Shown: positions 48,790-58,852, numbered from the stretch's first letter. The stretch: DNA of 64,000 nt from Patescibacteria group bacterium (GCA_035529635.1 DATKWJ010000005.1:1424-65423), one strand, 5' to 3'. The notes: generated from the sequence alone by a model not told the origin. Numbers and translations are program-made.

Positions 48790-49242
48790 ATGGGAAAAAA
48801 ACGCATCATCAAACCGTCAGCCGAAGAGGAAGTATTGAAAGAAAGCGAAAAAGTGGAGACGAAAGTGAAAAAAGAAGCCAAAGAAACCCTGAAAAAAGTC
48901 AAAGAAGGGAGGATTTATATTTTATCTTCGTACAACAACACTATTATCACTTTGACCGATCTTGAAGGCAAAGTTCTCGGTTGGGTCAGCGCAGGAAGCA
49001 TCGGCTTCAAAGGAGCGAAAAAAGCGACTCCTTTTGCGGCTTCCAAAGTGGCTGAAGCCATTACCCAAACCATTCAGAAAATCGGCATTGAAAAAATAGA
49101 AATTTTGGTCAAAGGAATAGGTTCAGGAAGAGAATCGGCCATCAGGTCGCTGGCTGCCAGGGGGTTGAAAATAATTTCAATCAAAGACACGACGCCTGTT
49201 CCCCATAACGGCTGCCGTTCGCCGAAAGTAAGAAGAGTTTAA
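48790..49242 (+). CDS. rpsK: 30S ribosomal protein S11
   Basis: S11 core (NNTIITLTD...GSGRESAIR). Confidence 0.9.
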   Translation: MGKKRIIKPSAEEEVLKESEKVETKVKKEAKETLKKVKEGRIYILSSYNNTIITLTDLEGKVLGWVSAGSIGFKGAKKATPFAASKVAEAITQTIQKIGIEKIEILVKGIGSGRESAIRSLAARGLKIISIKDTTPVPHNGCRSPKVRRV

Positions 49243-49246
49243 AATT

Positions 49247-49882
49247 ATGCAAGGTTCCAATTCCAAATGTAAAATTTGCCGCCGTCTGGGAACAAAGCTT
49301 TTTCTGCGCGGAGAAAGATGCTTGTCGCAGAAATGCTCGATGGTGAGAAAACCTTATCCGCCCGGCCCCAAAAGCAAAAAAAGAAGGAAATCTTTTTCCG
49401 AATACGGCAAAGAATTGAGAGAAAAGCAGAAGTTAAAAAACTGGTATAATCTGGAAGAAAGGCAATTTAGCAAATACGTCAGGGGTATTTTAAAGAAGAG
49501 GGGAAAAGCAGCCGATATCGGGGCGGCTTTGGTAGAAGTTTTGGAAAGCCGTTTAGATAACGTGGTTTTCAGACTGGGTTTCGCTGCTTCAAGAAAAACT
49601 GCCCGCCAGATCGTTTCCCACGGCCATTTTACGGTAAACGACAAGCCGGTTGACGTTCCCAGTTATTCGGTTAAAAAAGGAGACAAAATCAGCCTCAAAC
49701 CGAGTTCCCTCAAAAAAGCGTTTTTCCAGAAACTGTCTTCTTCTTTGAAAAAATATAATCCTCCTTCTTGGTTGAAGTTGGACTCCAAGAATTTGGAGGG
49801 AAAGGTTGTAAATTCGCCAAATTTGGATGAAGCCGCTCCGCCGGTGGAACTTTCGTCCATATTTGAATTTTATTCAAAATAA
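49247..49882 (+). CDS. rpsD: 30S ribosomal protein S4
   Basis: CKICRRLGTKLFLRGERC zinc motif. S4 domain. Confidence 0.9.
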   Translation: MQGSNSKCKICRRLGTKLFLRGERCLSQKCSMVRKPYPPGPKSKKRRKSFSEYGKELREKQKLKNWYNLEERQFSKYVRGILKKRGKAADIGAALVEVLESRLDNVVFRLGFAASRKTARQIVSHGHFTVNDKPVDVPSYSVKKGDKISLKPSSLKKAFFQKLSSSLKKYNPPSWLKLDSKNLEGKVVNSPNLDEAAPPVELSSIFEFYSK

Positions 49883-49884
49883 TC

Positions 49885-50685
49885 ATGTTTAATTTATCTC
49901 ATCCGCCAAAAATCGTTAAAAAAGAAAGTAATAAAGCCGTTTTCGAAATAGAAGCCCTTTATCCGGGTTACGGCGTAACCGTGGGAAATTCCTTAAGGCG
50001 AGTTTTGCTGTCGTCACTGGAAGGGGTCGCCGTCACTCAAATGAAAATAAAAGGCGTTTCGCATGAGTTTTCGACGATTCCCGGAATCATGGAAGACGTC
50101 ATTATAATAATGTTGAATCTGAAGCAATTGAGATTCAAATTATTTTCTCCGGAACCTCAAAAAGCAATACTTAAAGTAAAGGGGGAGAAAAAAGTCAAGG
50201 GTTCCGATTTCGTTTTGCCGTCGCAAGTGGAACTGGAGAATAAAAACTGCCATATCGCCACTTTGACTTCCAAATCCGCTGAATTGGAAATGGAAATTCA
50301 AATCGAAAAGGGCATCGGTTATTCTTCCCGTGAAACCAGACAAAAGGAGAAATTGGAGATCGGAGCCATTCCACTTGACGCCATTTTCACTCCTATAAGA
50401 AGGGTAACCTACAAAGTGGAAAATATGAGAGTCGGCGACAGAACGGATTATGACAGGCTGTTTTTGGAAATTGAAACCGACGGCATTATCAGTCCGGAAG
50501 AGGCCTTTTCCCAATCCGCCGAAATTTTAGTCAAGCATTTTTCCCTTTTTGCCGATACATTTAAAAAAGAAACCGTGCCGGCCGAAGCGGCGGTGCGGAA
50601 ACCAGTAACAAAGAAGCCGAAGGCAAAGAAGAAACCGGTTCAAGCTAAACATGCGGAAAAGAAAAAAAGGAAGAAAACTAAGTAG
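49885..50685 (+). CDS. rpoA: DNA-directed RNA polymerase alpha subunit, N-terminal domain only, with Lys-rich tail
   Basis: Alpha-NTD dimerisation/assembly domain. 266 aa. No alpha-CTD. C-terminal KKPKAKKKPVQAKHAEKKKRKKTK. Confidence 0.85.
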   Translation: MFNLSHPPKIVKKESNKAVFEIEALYPGYGVTVGNSLRRVLLSSLEGVAVTQMKIKGVSHEFSTIPGIMEDVIIIMLNLKQLRFKLFSPEPQKAILKVKGEKKVKGSDFVLPSQVELENKNCHIATLTSKSAELEMEIQIEKGIGYSSRETRQKEKLEIGAIPLDAIFTPIRRVTYKVENMRVGDRTDYDRLFLEIETDGIISPEEAFSQSAEILVKHFSLFADTFKKETVPAEAAVRKPVTKKPKAKKKPVQAKHAEKKKRKKTK

Positions 50686-51001
50686 GAAAAAAGACCAAAG
50701 AAAGGCTCTTCTGAAATCGCTGGCCGCGGCTTTGATATTGAAAGAAAAAATCAGAACCACTGAAGCCAAAGCCAAAGAAGTTTCCGGTTTCGTCGAAAAG
50801 CAGATAACCCGGGCCAAAGCCGGCACTTTGCATTCGCGGAGATTGCTGGCCAGGTATTTTTCCCCGAAAGCCGTGAAAAAATTGGTTGATGAAATCGCTC
50901 CCAAATATAAAGAAAGAAAAGGAGGATATACCAGGATAATTAAACTCGGACAAAGAAAAACAAACGGGGCGAAAATGGCCGTTATAGAATTAATCAAATA
51001 A
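50651..51001 (+). CDS. rplQ: 50S ribosomal protein L17
   Basis: MRKRKKGRKLSRKKDQRKAL (compare MRHRKSGRKLNR). Overlaps the rpoA 3' end by 35 nt in another frame. Confidence 0.85.
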   Translation: MRKRKKGRKLSRKKDQRKALLKSLAAALILKEKIRTTEAKAKEVSGFVEKQITRAKAGTLHSRRLLARYFSPKAVKKLVDEIAPKYKERKGGYTRIIKLGQRKTNGAKMAVIELIK

Positions 51002-51352
51002 ATGACGAAAGAAACTAAAACAATTGATGCTGCTGGAAAAGTTTTGGGCAGATTGGCGGTTGAAATAGCCGTTTTATTGCGCGGTAAAAATAAGACGGAT
51101 TTTGCACCCTATAAGAACATAGACGACATTGTTGTTGTTAAGAACGTCGCTAAACTGAAATTCAGCGGCAGGAAGATGAAGCAAAAGAAATATTATCACC
51201 ACTCCCTTTATCTGGGAGGATTGAAAGAAATATCTTTGGAAAAAAAATTTGAAAAGAATCCGGCCGAAGTTTTACAGAAAGCTGTTTGGGGTATGCTGCC
51301 CAGAAATAAACTGAGAGCAAAAATGATGCGGCGGTTGAAAATAGAGAAATAA
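51002..51352 (+). CDS. rplM: 50S ribosomal protein L13
   Basis: L13 core. 116 aa. Confidence 0.9.
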   Translation: MTKETKTIDAAGKVLGRLAVEIAVLLRGKNKTDFAPYKNIDDIVVVKNVAKLKFSGRKMKQKKYYHHSLYLGGLKEISLEKKFEKNPAEVLQKAVWGMLPRNKLRAKMMRRLKIEK

Positions 51353-51366
51353 TATCATTTAAGTTT

Positions 51367-51819
51367 ATGCCTAAAGTTAAAAAGACAAAAAAAACGGCCG
51401 AAGCGGTGAAACAGCCGAAAATAAAGAAAGAAAAATATTTTGAAAGCATCGGCCGAAGAAAAACAGCTGCGGCCAGAGTTCGGCTTTTTTCTCAAAAAGG
51501 GCATGTTTTTTCAGTCAATGAAAAACCCTTGGATAAATATTTTCCGACAAGGGAACTTCAGCAGTCGGTGGCTGCTCCTTTGGATTTAACCGGCTGTCTG
51601 GAACAATTTAAAGTTTCGGCGAGAGTGAAAGGCGGAGGAATGGTTTCGCAGGCCGAAGCAATCAGACACGGCATAGCCCGCGCTTTAGTTTTGTTTGATC
51701 CGGAGTTCAGGAAAAAACTGAAAAAAGCCGGCTTTCTTAAGAGAGATCCGAGAATGAGGGAAAGGAAAAAATTCGGCTTGAAAAGAGCCAGAAAAGCCCC
51801 TCAGTGGAAGAAGAGATAA
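51367..51819 (+). CDS. rpsI: 30S ribosomal protein S9
   Basis: S9 core ending ...APQWKKR. Confidence 0.9.
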   Translation: MPKVKKTKKTAEAVKQPKIKKEKYFESIGRRKTAAARVRLFSQKGHVFSVNEKPLDKYFPTRELQQSVAAPLDLTGCLEQFKVSARVKGGGMVSQAEAIRHGIARALVLFDPEFRKKLKKAGFLKRDPRMRERKKFGLKRARKAPQWKKR

Positions 51820-51847
51820 GGAATACTCAATAAATTTTCAATTTATT

Positions 51848-52555
51848 TTGATGTTGAAAGAGCTCATCGATAAATTTTATTTGGACAGGCAAGAAGACAG
51901 AGAACGGGACCATTTTTACGTTACCGACGCCGGCAAATGCGCCAGAGCCGTATTTTTCAAATTCAAAAACGCTCCCCGCAAAGAGATGGATGCGAATATT
52001 TTAAGATTGTTCGACCACGGCGACCACATACATCAGCTTATTATGAAGCCTCTTCTGAGCATCAGGGAAATCCACGTGGTTGCTTCCGAGGTGAATATTC
52101 CTCCCCAGGAACTGATTTCAGGCAGGGCTGACGCTATTATCAGCGACGGGAAAGATTTATACGTCCTGGACATTAAAAGCATGAACAGTATGATTTTCAG
52201 CAAGCTGTGCGAACCGAAAGAGGAAAACATCGACCAAATTCAGCTTTATCTGCATTATTTTAAAATCCCCAAAGGCATACTGCTTTACGTCAATAAAGAC
52301 AATCAGCATCTGAAGGATTTTATGGTTGATTACAATAAAAAGCGTGTTCTTTCCCTTTTGGCTGGTTTGAAAAGTCTTAAAAAGAAGATTGAAACGGACA
52401 TTATTCCCGACAAACTGCCGGATTATCCCAACAACTGGCAGTGCCGTTACTGCCAATTCAAGGCAGTTTGCGCCATTGCCAACGCCGGAGAGATCAAATG
52501 GGCTGATTTCAAAAAGAAAGTGGAGTTAAGGGAGAAGGATATTGGAATCGTATAA
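51848..52555 (+). CDS. Cas4-like PD-(D/E)xK nuclease (DUF83/RecB-family exonuclease with Fe-S cysteines), standalone
   Basis: N-terminal Cys (AGKCARAVFF). Motif II GRADAII. Motif III LDIKS. QIQLY. C-terminal CRYCQFKAVC. No CRISPR locus in the window. Confidence 0.7.
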   Translation: MMLKELIDKFYLDRQEDRERDHFYVTDAGKCARAVFFKFKNAPRKEMDANILRLFDHGDHIHQLIMKPLLSIREIHVVASEVNIPPQELISGRADAIISDGKDLYVLDIKSMNSMIFSKLCEPKEENIDQIQLYLHYFKIPKGILLYVNKDNQHLKDFMVDYNKKRVLSLLAGLKSLKKKIETDIIPDKLPDYPNNWQCRYCQFKAVCAIANAGEIKWADFKKKVELREKDIGIV

Positions 52556-53815
52556 GCCGTTGCCGCTTAAAACGTATATTTTTTTATCGGACTGATCCCA
52601 AATAATTTTAGCTGGGCTTCCGTTTGACGGAAGTTTTTTTATTTCAAAAACATCTATGATATTCAATCTGTCTCTGTTGTCTGTTTCGCAGATTTTGATT
52701 TTGTCTTCGGTCGTCAGCATCAGATAATCGGAATTTATCCAAGAAACATTGTTTATCTTTTCCGACAAACGGGTCAGGAAAATTTTTTCCGTTATTCCCT
52801 TGTTTCCGTTTTTCGGAAGAAAAAGCCAGATTTCATAATTTGAAAAATAAGCCAATTTTTCGTTGTCCGGGGAAACTTCCAAGGTTTTTGCGTTTTCAAA
52901 AAAGATTTCGAAAACAGCAAGATCGTCGTTGAATTTATACAAGTTATTTTTTTCTTTATCCCGTAAAAAAATGAAATTCCGGAAGATTTCCAGATTATAT
53001 TCAGTTTCTTGAATTGGGGCGAAGGGAGAAGCCGCGGCGCTGAGCCGTTCCCCGTTTTTAAAAAGATGGCCGGCTTTATCAAGATAATAAATGTCGCTGC
53101 CGTCTTCTTGGTAGGCGACAATGTTTTCCGCTGCCGGAAGAAGAGGTTTCGTTTCACTTAAAGAAGGTTCGGCTTTATCCAATTCCGTTAAGCTGAAATA
53201 TTCGGTTTCTTTTCCAGAATTTATTTCCAAATAGATTGTTTTTGAATCTTCGGAAAAATCCAACCCAGCCAATCGGACTTGCCGGGTAAAATCCTCATTG
53301 TTTATAAGATGGTTTTTGGTTTTTTTATCCAAATCGTAAGTTTCCAGTGTCCAGTCGGTTCCGTCTTGTTCCATCAGGATTATTTTTTTTCCGTCGGGAA
53401 AAAGCCAGAATTGTTCCAAATTGTCGAATAAAAGATTGAAACTGACGTCGCGGGGAAACAAAACTACGTTTTTCGCTTCGGCCACTTCTTTTTCTTTCAC
53501 TTCCAATGTTTTTTCCCAGGAATGGTATCCTTCTTTTTTGATTTCCACCTTGTATTTTTGTGGCAGGAGATTCTCGATAAAAACGGAGCCGAAGAAAAAA
53601 TCAGTTTTTTTATTTAGCTTTCCGTCAAGAAAAACCTCGACCTGTTTCGGGACGACTTTCAGAAAAAGGCCTCCCGTCTGGCTGATTTTTATTCCGCCGG
53701 CCGGCGGATTAAAATCAATTCTGTATCCTTGGGAATATAAGGCCGTTGCCGGGGCAATCAAGACGAAGGCCAACAAACAAATTAAAAATACGATTGTCCT
53801 GGTTTTTTTCGCCAT
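52526..53815 (-). CDS. Secreted/anchored PEGA-domain protein, hypothetical
   Basis: N-terminal signal-anchor. PEGA-like VEVFLDGKLNKKTDFFFGSVFIENLLPQKYKVEIKKEGY. 429 aa. 3' end overlaps the Cas4-like gene by 30 nt. Confidence 0.65.
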   Translation of the reverse strand: MAKKTRTIVFLICLLAFVLIAPATALYSQGYRIDFNPPAGGIKISQTGGLFLKVVPKQVEVFLDGKLNKKTDFFFGSVFIENLLPQKYKVEIKKEGYHSWEKTLEVKEKEVAEAKNVVLFPRDVSFNLLFDNLEQFWLFPDGKKIILMEQDGTDWTLETYDLDKKTKNHLINNEDFTRQVRLAGLDFSEDSKTIYLEINSGKETEYFSLTELDKAEPSLSETKPLLPAAENIVAYQEDGSDIYYLDKAGHLFKNGERLSAAASPFAPIQETEYNLEIFRNFIFLRDKEKNNLYKFNDDLAVFEIFFENAKTLEVSPDNEKLAYFSNYEIWLFLPKNGNKGITEKIFLTRLSEKINNVSWINSDYLMLTTEDKIKICETDNRDRLNIIDVFEIKKLPSNGSPAKIIWDQSDKKIYVLSGNGLYDSNILLP

Positions 53816-53905
53816 TGCCTAATCTTAGTTTATCGGAACCGTTTTGACAAGATTCGAGAGAAGTTTGCTAAAACAAAAAAAATAAGTTAAGATATTGGTG
53901 GTATT

Positions 53906-54910
53906 ATGGTAAAAAAAATAGGCATAGATCTAGGTACAACCAATTCTTTGGTTTTCCTCCCTCAAAAAGGGGTGGTTTTGCAGGAACCTTCGGTGGTGGC
54001 GGTTGCTTATGAGGAAAACAGGATTTTAGCCATCGGCAAGGAAGCGAAAGTAATGATCGGTCGCACTCCCGATATAATCAGAGTTTACCGTCCTCTTAAA
54101 GATGGGGTAATTGCCGATTTCAGGGTGACTCAGGCGATGCTTAAATACTTTATTGACAGAGTCAGCGGTTTTTGGCGGTTTTTAAAGCCGGAATTGATGA
54201 TCGGAGTGCCGGCCGGCATTACTTCTACGGAAAAAAGGGCGGTGATCGAGGCTGCTTTGAACGCCGGAGCCAAGCAGGTTTTTTTGGCTAAAGAGCCGAT
54301 TTTGGCCGCCATCGGAGCCGGTATTCCGATTAATTCCTGTTCCGGAAATATGATCGTTGACATCGGCGGGGGAACTTCCGAAATAGCCGTCATATCTCTA
54401 GGCGGTATAGTCACCTGCAGCTCGGTCAGGATCGGCGGAGACAAGATGGATGCGGCCATTGCCGACCATATTAAGAAAAAATATAATTTAGCCATCGGAG
54501 AGCAAACAGCCGAAGAGGTAAAAATAAAAATCGGCTCCGCCTTGTCGGAAAAAGAAAACAGATTTATGGAAATAAAAGGCAGGGATTTGATTTCCGGGCT
54601 GCCCAGGACGATAAAAATTTCCTCCAACGAGATTTCTGAAGCGATTTTCGATATTCTGGGAGAAATAATCAAGGTGATTAAAGCGGTCTTAAGAGATACA
54701 CCTCCCGAATTATCGGCCGACGTGATCGATAAAGGGATGATTCTTTCCGGCGGCGGAGCTTTATTGAGGAATATCGCCGGCAGAATTTCCCAAGAAACCG
54801 GCGTACCCTGTTTTCTGGCCGAAGATCCTTTGCTGTGCGTCGCCAAAGGAACGGGAGTGGTTCTGGAAAATCTCGACACTTATAAAAAAAGCATAATGTC
54901 AAAACGCTGA
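53906..54910 (+). CDS. mreB: Rod shape-determining actin homolog MreB
   Basis: IGIDLGTTNS...DIGGGTSE. 334 aa. Confidence 0.9.
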   Translation: MVKKIGIDLGTTNSLVFLPQKGVVLQEPSVVAVAYEENRILAIGKEAKVMIGRTPDIIRVYRPLKDGVIADFRVTQAMLKYFIDRVSGFWRFLKPELMIGVPAGITSTEKRAVIEAALNAGAKQVFLAKEPILAAIGAGIPINSCSGNMIVDIGGGTSEIAVISLGGIVTCSSVRIGGDKMDAAIADHIKKKYNLAIGEQTAEEVKIKIGSALSEKENRFMEIKGRDLISGLPRTIKISSNEISEAIFDILGEIIKVIKAVLRDTPPELSADVIDKGMILSGGGALLRNIAGRISQETGVPCFLAEDPLLCVAKGTGVVLENLDTYKKSIMSKR

Positions 54911-54913
54911 AAC

Positions 54914-55858
54914 ATGCTCATCGGACATCAAAAACAATGGGATTTCCTGAAAAAAGCGGCTGAGAATAAAAGATTTTCCCACGCTTATTTATTCGCCGGC
55001 CGAGAGAAATTGGGAAAAAAAACTTTGGCTTTGCAATGGCTTTCTTTTCTTTTGGGCGATGATAACGGGAGCGGCGGTTTCAGAATAGAAAAGCATCCGG
55101 ATGTGATTTTCATCGAACCGAAACAAACAGATTCCGCTAAAGCTTTCACCGGCAAAGAAGAAATTCAAATCGTTCAAATAAGGGATTTAATCCGGAAGCT
55201 TTCACTTAAGTCGTCTGGCGCACCTTTCAAAGCGGCCGTTATAGACAACGCCCATCTGATGAACCGGGAGGCCCAATCTTCTCTTCTGAAAACTTTGGAA
55301 GAGCCGAGAGGGGAAACTCTTTTGATTTTAATCAGTGACAAAACCCAGTATCTTTTTCCGACGATTCTTTCGCGGGTCCAAACCGTCAGATTCAATTCCG
55401 TGGCCAAGGAAGAAATTGAAAATTATCTGTCAAAACAGGGCGTTTCAAAAAAGGAAACGGAAGAAATTTCCGGCCTTGCCTCGGGCCGTCCGGGAGTGGC
55501 TTTGGATTTGATTTCCGACAAGCGGAAGCTGGCGGATTTCAACCAAAGGATAGCGGAACTCGATAAAATATCGAATTCAGCACTTTGCTTCCGTTTCGAA
55601 TACGTCAAGAAACTGGCGGATGATTTGAAAAGTATAAAGGACGTTTTGGACACCTGGCTGGCTTATTTCAGAGATGTTTTGCTTGCCCGGTTTTCTTCCT
55701 CAAAATCGAGTTGTCGGCCGACGAATGAAAATTTTGAAAGATATCCGGCCGCCAAAATAAAAAATATCATTGAAAACATTCAAACAACGAAATTCCTGCT
55801 GGCCAGCACCAATGCCAATTCCAAATTGGCTTTGGAAACGCTAATGCTGGAATTTTAA
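54914..55858 (+). CDS. holB: DNA polymerase III delta-prime subunit
   Basis: HAYLFAGREKLGKKT degenerate P-loop. AAA+ clamp-loader fold. 314 aa. Confidence 0.75.
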   Translation: MLIGHQKQWDFLKKAAENKRFSHAYLFAGREKLGKKTLALQWLSFLLGDDNGSGGFRIEKHPDVIFIEPKQTDSAKAFTGKEEIQIVQIRDLIRKLSLKSSGAPFKAAVIDNAHLMNREAQSSLLKTLEEPRGETLLILISDKTQYLFPTILSRVQTVRFNSVAKEEIENYLSKQGVSKKETEEISGLASGRPGVALDLISDKRKLADFNQRIAELDKISNSALCFRFEYVKKLADDLKSIKDVLDTWLAYFRDVLLARFSSSKSSCRPTNENFERYPAAKIKNIIENIQTTKFLLASTNANSKLALETLMLEF

Positions 55859-55865
55859 TTTTTTT

Positions 55866-56426
55866 ATGGAAATTTACAAAACAATAATTCAAAATATCAA
55901 GCCGGAATTGGATAAAGTAGTTGTTTTTTTGGAAAAAGAATTAGGCAAATTCCGGACCAGCCGGGCAACGCCTTCGCTGGTGGAGGATGTAGTTGTCGAT
56001 TGTTTCGGCCAAAAATTCCCCTTAAGGCAGCTGGCAGCCATTTCCACTCCCCAAGCCAAACAGATTTTAATCCAGCCCTGGGACAAGTCTTATATCGAAG
56101 GAATCGTCCATGCTTTGGAGAAAACTGGCATTGGTGCCAACCCGATCGTGGATAAGGACATAATCAGAATCAATCTGCCGCCTTTGAGCGAAGAATACAG
56201 GAAAAATTTAATCCGGATGATTTCGGAGAAGGAAGAGCAGTCGCGCCGAACCGTCAGGAAATGGCGGGAAGAATCCTGGAGTGAAATTCAGGAAAAAACC
56301 AAAAAAGGGGAAATCAGGGAAGACGACAAATTCAGGGCTAAAGACGAGCTTCAGGAGTTGGTTGATGAATACAATAAAAAGATCGAGGAATTGGCGGAGA
56401 AAAAGAAAAAAGAAATGGCGGAATAA
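55866..56426 (+). CDS. frr: Ribosome recycling factor
   Basis: RRF sequence. 186 aa. Confidence 0.9.
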   Translation: MEIYKTIIQNIKPELDKVVVFLEKELGKFRTSRATPSLVEDVVVDCFGQKFPLRQLAAISTPQAKQILIQPWDKSYIEGIVHALEKTGIGANPIVDKDIIRINLPPLSEEYRKNLIRMISEKEEQSRRTVRKWREESWSEIQEKTKKGEIREDDKFRAKDELQELVDEYNKKIEELAEKKKKEMAE

Positions 56427-56456
56427 CAGTTCGGCGTCTGGTTAATTCGCAAAAAC

Positions 56457-57542
56457 ATGTTTTTTACGATCATTATCGCTTTTTTCAGCGTTATCGGCCT
56501 GCTGATTATCCATGAATTCGGCCATTTTATCGTGGCCAAAAAATTCGGGATTAAAGTAGAGGAATTCGGAGTGGGTTATCCGCCCAGATTATTTGCCAGG
56601 AAAATCGGCGAAACCCTTTATTCTTTGAACCTTCTGCCGTTCGGAGCTTTCGTCAAAATTCCCAGCGTGGAAGGGGACGGGGAAAATTACCAAAAACTGG
56701 AGAATATTCCGATTTGGCGGAGAGCTTTGATTATTTCAGCCGGCGCAGTTTCTTTCTGGCTGGTGGGCGTTGTTCTACTGACCGTTGTTTTTTGTCTCGG
56801 CACTTTCCAAATCGTTTCCGACGAAGAATCCGGACCTTTAATCAATCCCAAGGTTCAGATAGTGGCTATCACTTCCGGTTCGCCGGCTGAAACAGCTGGC
56901 CTAAAAACAGGGGATGCCGTAAAGCAGTTGTCAGTTGATGAATTTTCCCGGCCGGTTGATAAAGTGGTGGAGGTGCAGGAATTTACCGAAAAATATAAAG
57001 GGCAGGAAATCGTTTTGACGATTGAAAGAGGAAAAGAGATTTTTGAAATTTCTTTGGTTCCCAGGGTTTCTCCTCCTGAGTCGGAAGGCGCCATGGGGGT
57101 GGCTTTGGTCAGGACAGCTGAAAAATCTTATCCGATTTTCCAGTCTTTCGTCAAAGGGATAAAAACCACCGTTGATTTGACCTGGGCCGTTATCACCGGC
57201 TTGGCCGGTATTCTGGCAAGTTTGCTCGGCGGAAAAGGCTTGCCGGCCGGAGTCCAATTTTTAGGACCGATAGGCATCGGCTCTTTGGTTGCCCAGGCCG
57301 TTGAAGTCGGTTTAAGCTATTTCCTTCAGTTCATTGCCATAATTTCCGTTTATCTGGCTGTTTTTAACCTATTGCCCATACCAGCTCTTGACGGAGGCAG
57401 GCTGCTTTTTCTCGGCCTTGAGAAAATCAAGGGTAGACCGGTCAACCAAAAAATCGAGCAGAATATTACGGCCGGTTTCTTCATCTTTTTCATTATTTTA
57501 ATGGCCTGGGTTACGGTTAAAGATATTATTAGTTTATTTTAA
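56457..57542 (+). CDS. rseP: RIP metalloprotease RseP-like (M50 with PDZ domain)
   Basis: HEFGHF, PDZ segment, distal LDGG. 361 aa. Confidence 0.8.
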   Translation: MFFTIIIAFFSVIGLLIIHEFGHFIVAKKFGIKVEEFGVGYPPRLFARKIGETLYSLNLLPFGAFVKIPSVEGDGENYQKLENIPIWRRALIISAGAVSFWLVGVVLLTVVFCLGTFQIVSDEESGPLINPKVQIVAITSGSPAETAGLKTGDAVKQLSVDEFSRPVDKVVEVQEFTEKYKGQEIVLTIERGKEIFEISLVPRVSPPESEGAMGVALVRTAEKSYPIFQSFVKGIKTTVDLTWAVITGLAGILASLLGGKGLPAGVQFLGPIGIGSLVAQAVEVGLSYFLQFIAIISVYLAVFNLLPIPALDGGRLLFLGLEKIKGRPVNQKIEQNITAGFFIFFIILMAWVTVKDIISLF

Positions 57543-57562
57543 AATAATCCGGCCAAGGGAAA

Positions 57563-58849
57563 TTGACTATGCTTCAATCGCAAATTTTCGCCAAAACAAC
57601 CAAAGAAACTCCCAAAGAAGAAATTTCAGCCAATGCCCAGCTTTTAATCCGGGCCGGCTTTGTCGATAAACTGATGGCCGGAGTTTATTCTTATTTGCCT
57701 TTGGGATTCAAAGTTTTAAAGAAAATCGAAAACATCATCAGGCAGGAAATGGAAGAGATCGGCGGCCAGGAAATTTTATTACCTTCTTTGCATCCCAAAA
57801 ACCTTTGGGAAAAAACTGACAGATGGAAGTACGAGGAAATGTTCAAGTTAAAGAGCCGGAGCGGTAAGGATCTTGGTCTGGGCTGGACGCATGAAGAAAT
57901 CGTCGTCCCCTTGCTTAAAAAATTCGTCAAATCCTACAAAGATTTGCCGGTTTTCGTCTATCAAATTCAGGATAAATTCAGAGACGAATTGAGGGCGAAA
58001 TCAGGCTTGTTGAGAGGGGTTGAATTCTTAATGAAGGACCTTTATTCTTTTCACAAAGACGAAAAAGACCTGGACGCTTACTACGAAAAAGTGAAAAAGG
58101 CCTATTTTAGAATTTTTGAAAGATGCGGTATAAAAAAAGAAACCTTTTTGACTTTGGCGGCCGGCGGAACTTTCTCGAAATATTCCCATGAATTTCAAAC
58201 CGTGACCGAGGCCGGCGAAGACGTGATTTATCTTTGTCCGAAATGCCGGTTGGCAGTCAACAAAGAAATCATTGAAGAAGAAAATTACGCCTGCCCGTCC
58301 TGCCGCAACAAGAAATTGGAGATCAGGAAAGCGATCGAAACAGGCAATATTTTCAAATTGAAAGAAAAATTCAGCGAAACTTTCGATTTTAAAATAAAAA
58401 ACAAGGACGGAAAAGAAAGCGCGGTTTTAATGGGTTGTTACGGCATAGGTCTCGGCCGCTTGATGGGCGCCGTGGCCGAAGTCCATCACGATGAAAAGGG
58501 GATTATTTGGCCGGAAGAAATCGCTCCCTTTAAGGTTCATTTAATCGCCATACCGGCCAGCGGCCAAGCGGGACAAGATAAAAAAATGGATAGCCGGAAA
58601 ATCACCGTGGCTGTGGAAAAAATATACCGAGATTTACAGAAAAGCGGTCTGGAAGTATTATACGATGACAGGGATAAAAACCCGGCTGAAAAATTCGCTG
58701 ACGCTGACCTGATCGGCCTGCCTTACAGAATCATCGTCAGTCAGCGCACCTTGCGGGAGAATTGCCTGGAAGTGAAAAAAAGAAAAGAAAAAAAGGCCGG
58801 CCTGCTGAAAATTAAAGAATTGAATTCGTATTTTCGCAAAAATTCTTAA
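57563..58849 (+). CDS. proS: Proline--tRNA ligase (short form lacking INS editing domain)
   Basis: Class II motifs. C-terminal zinc-binding CPKC...CPSC. 428 aa. Confidence 0.85.
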   Translation: MTMLQSQIFAKTTKETPKEEISANAQLLIRAGFVDKLMAGVYSYLPLGFKVLKKIENIIRQEMEEIGGQEILLPSLHPKNLWEKTDRWKYEEMFKLKSRSGKDLGLGWTHEEIVVPLLKKFVKSYKDLPVFVYQIQDKFRDELRAKSGLLRGVEFLMKDLYSFHKDEKDLDAYYEKVKKAYFRIFERCGIKKETFLTLAAGGTFSKYSHEFQTVTEAGEDVIYLCPKCRLAVNKEIIEEENYACPSCRNKKLEIRKAIETGNIFKLKEKFSETFDFKIKNKDGKESAVLMGCYGIGLGRLMGAVAEVHHDEKGIIWPEEIAPFKVHLIAIPASGQAGQDKKMDSRKITVAVEKIYRDLQKSGLEVLYDDRDKNPAEKFADADLIGLPYRIIVSQRTLRENCLEVKKRKEKKAGLLKIKELNSYFRKNS

Positions 58850-58852
58850 ACC

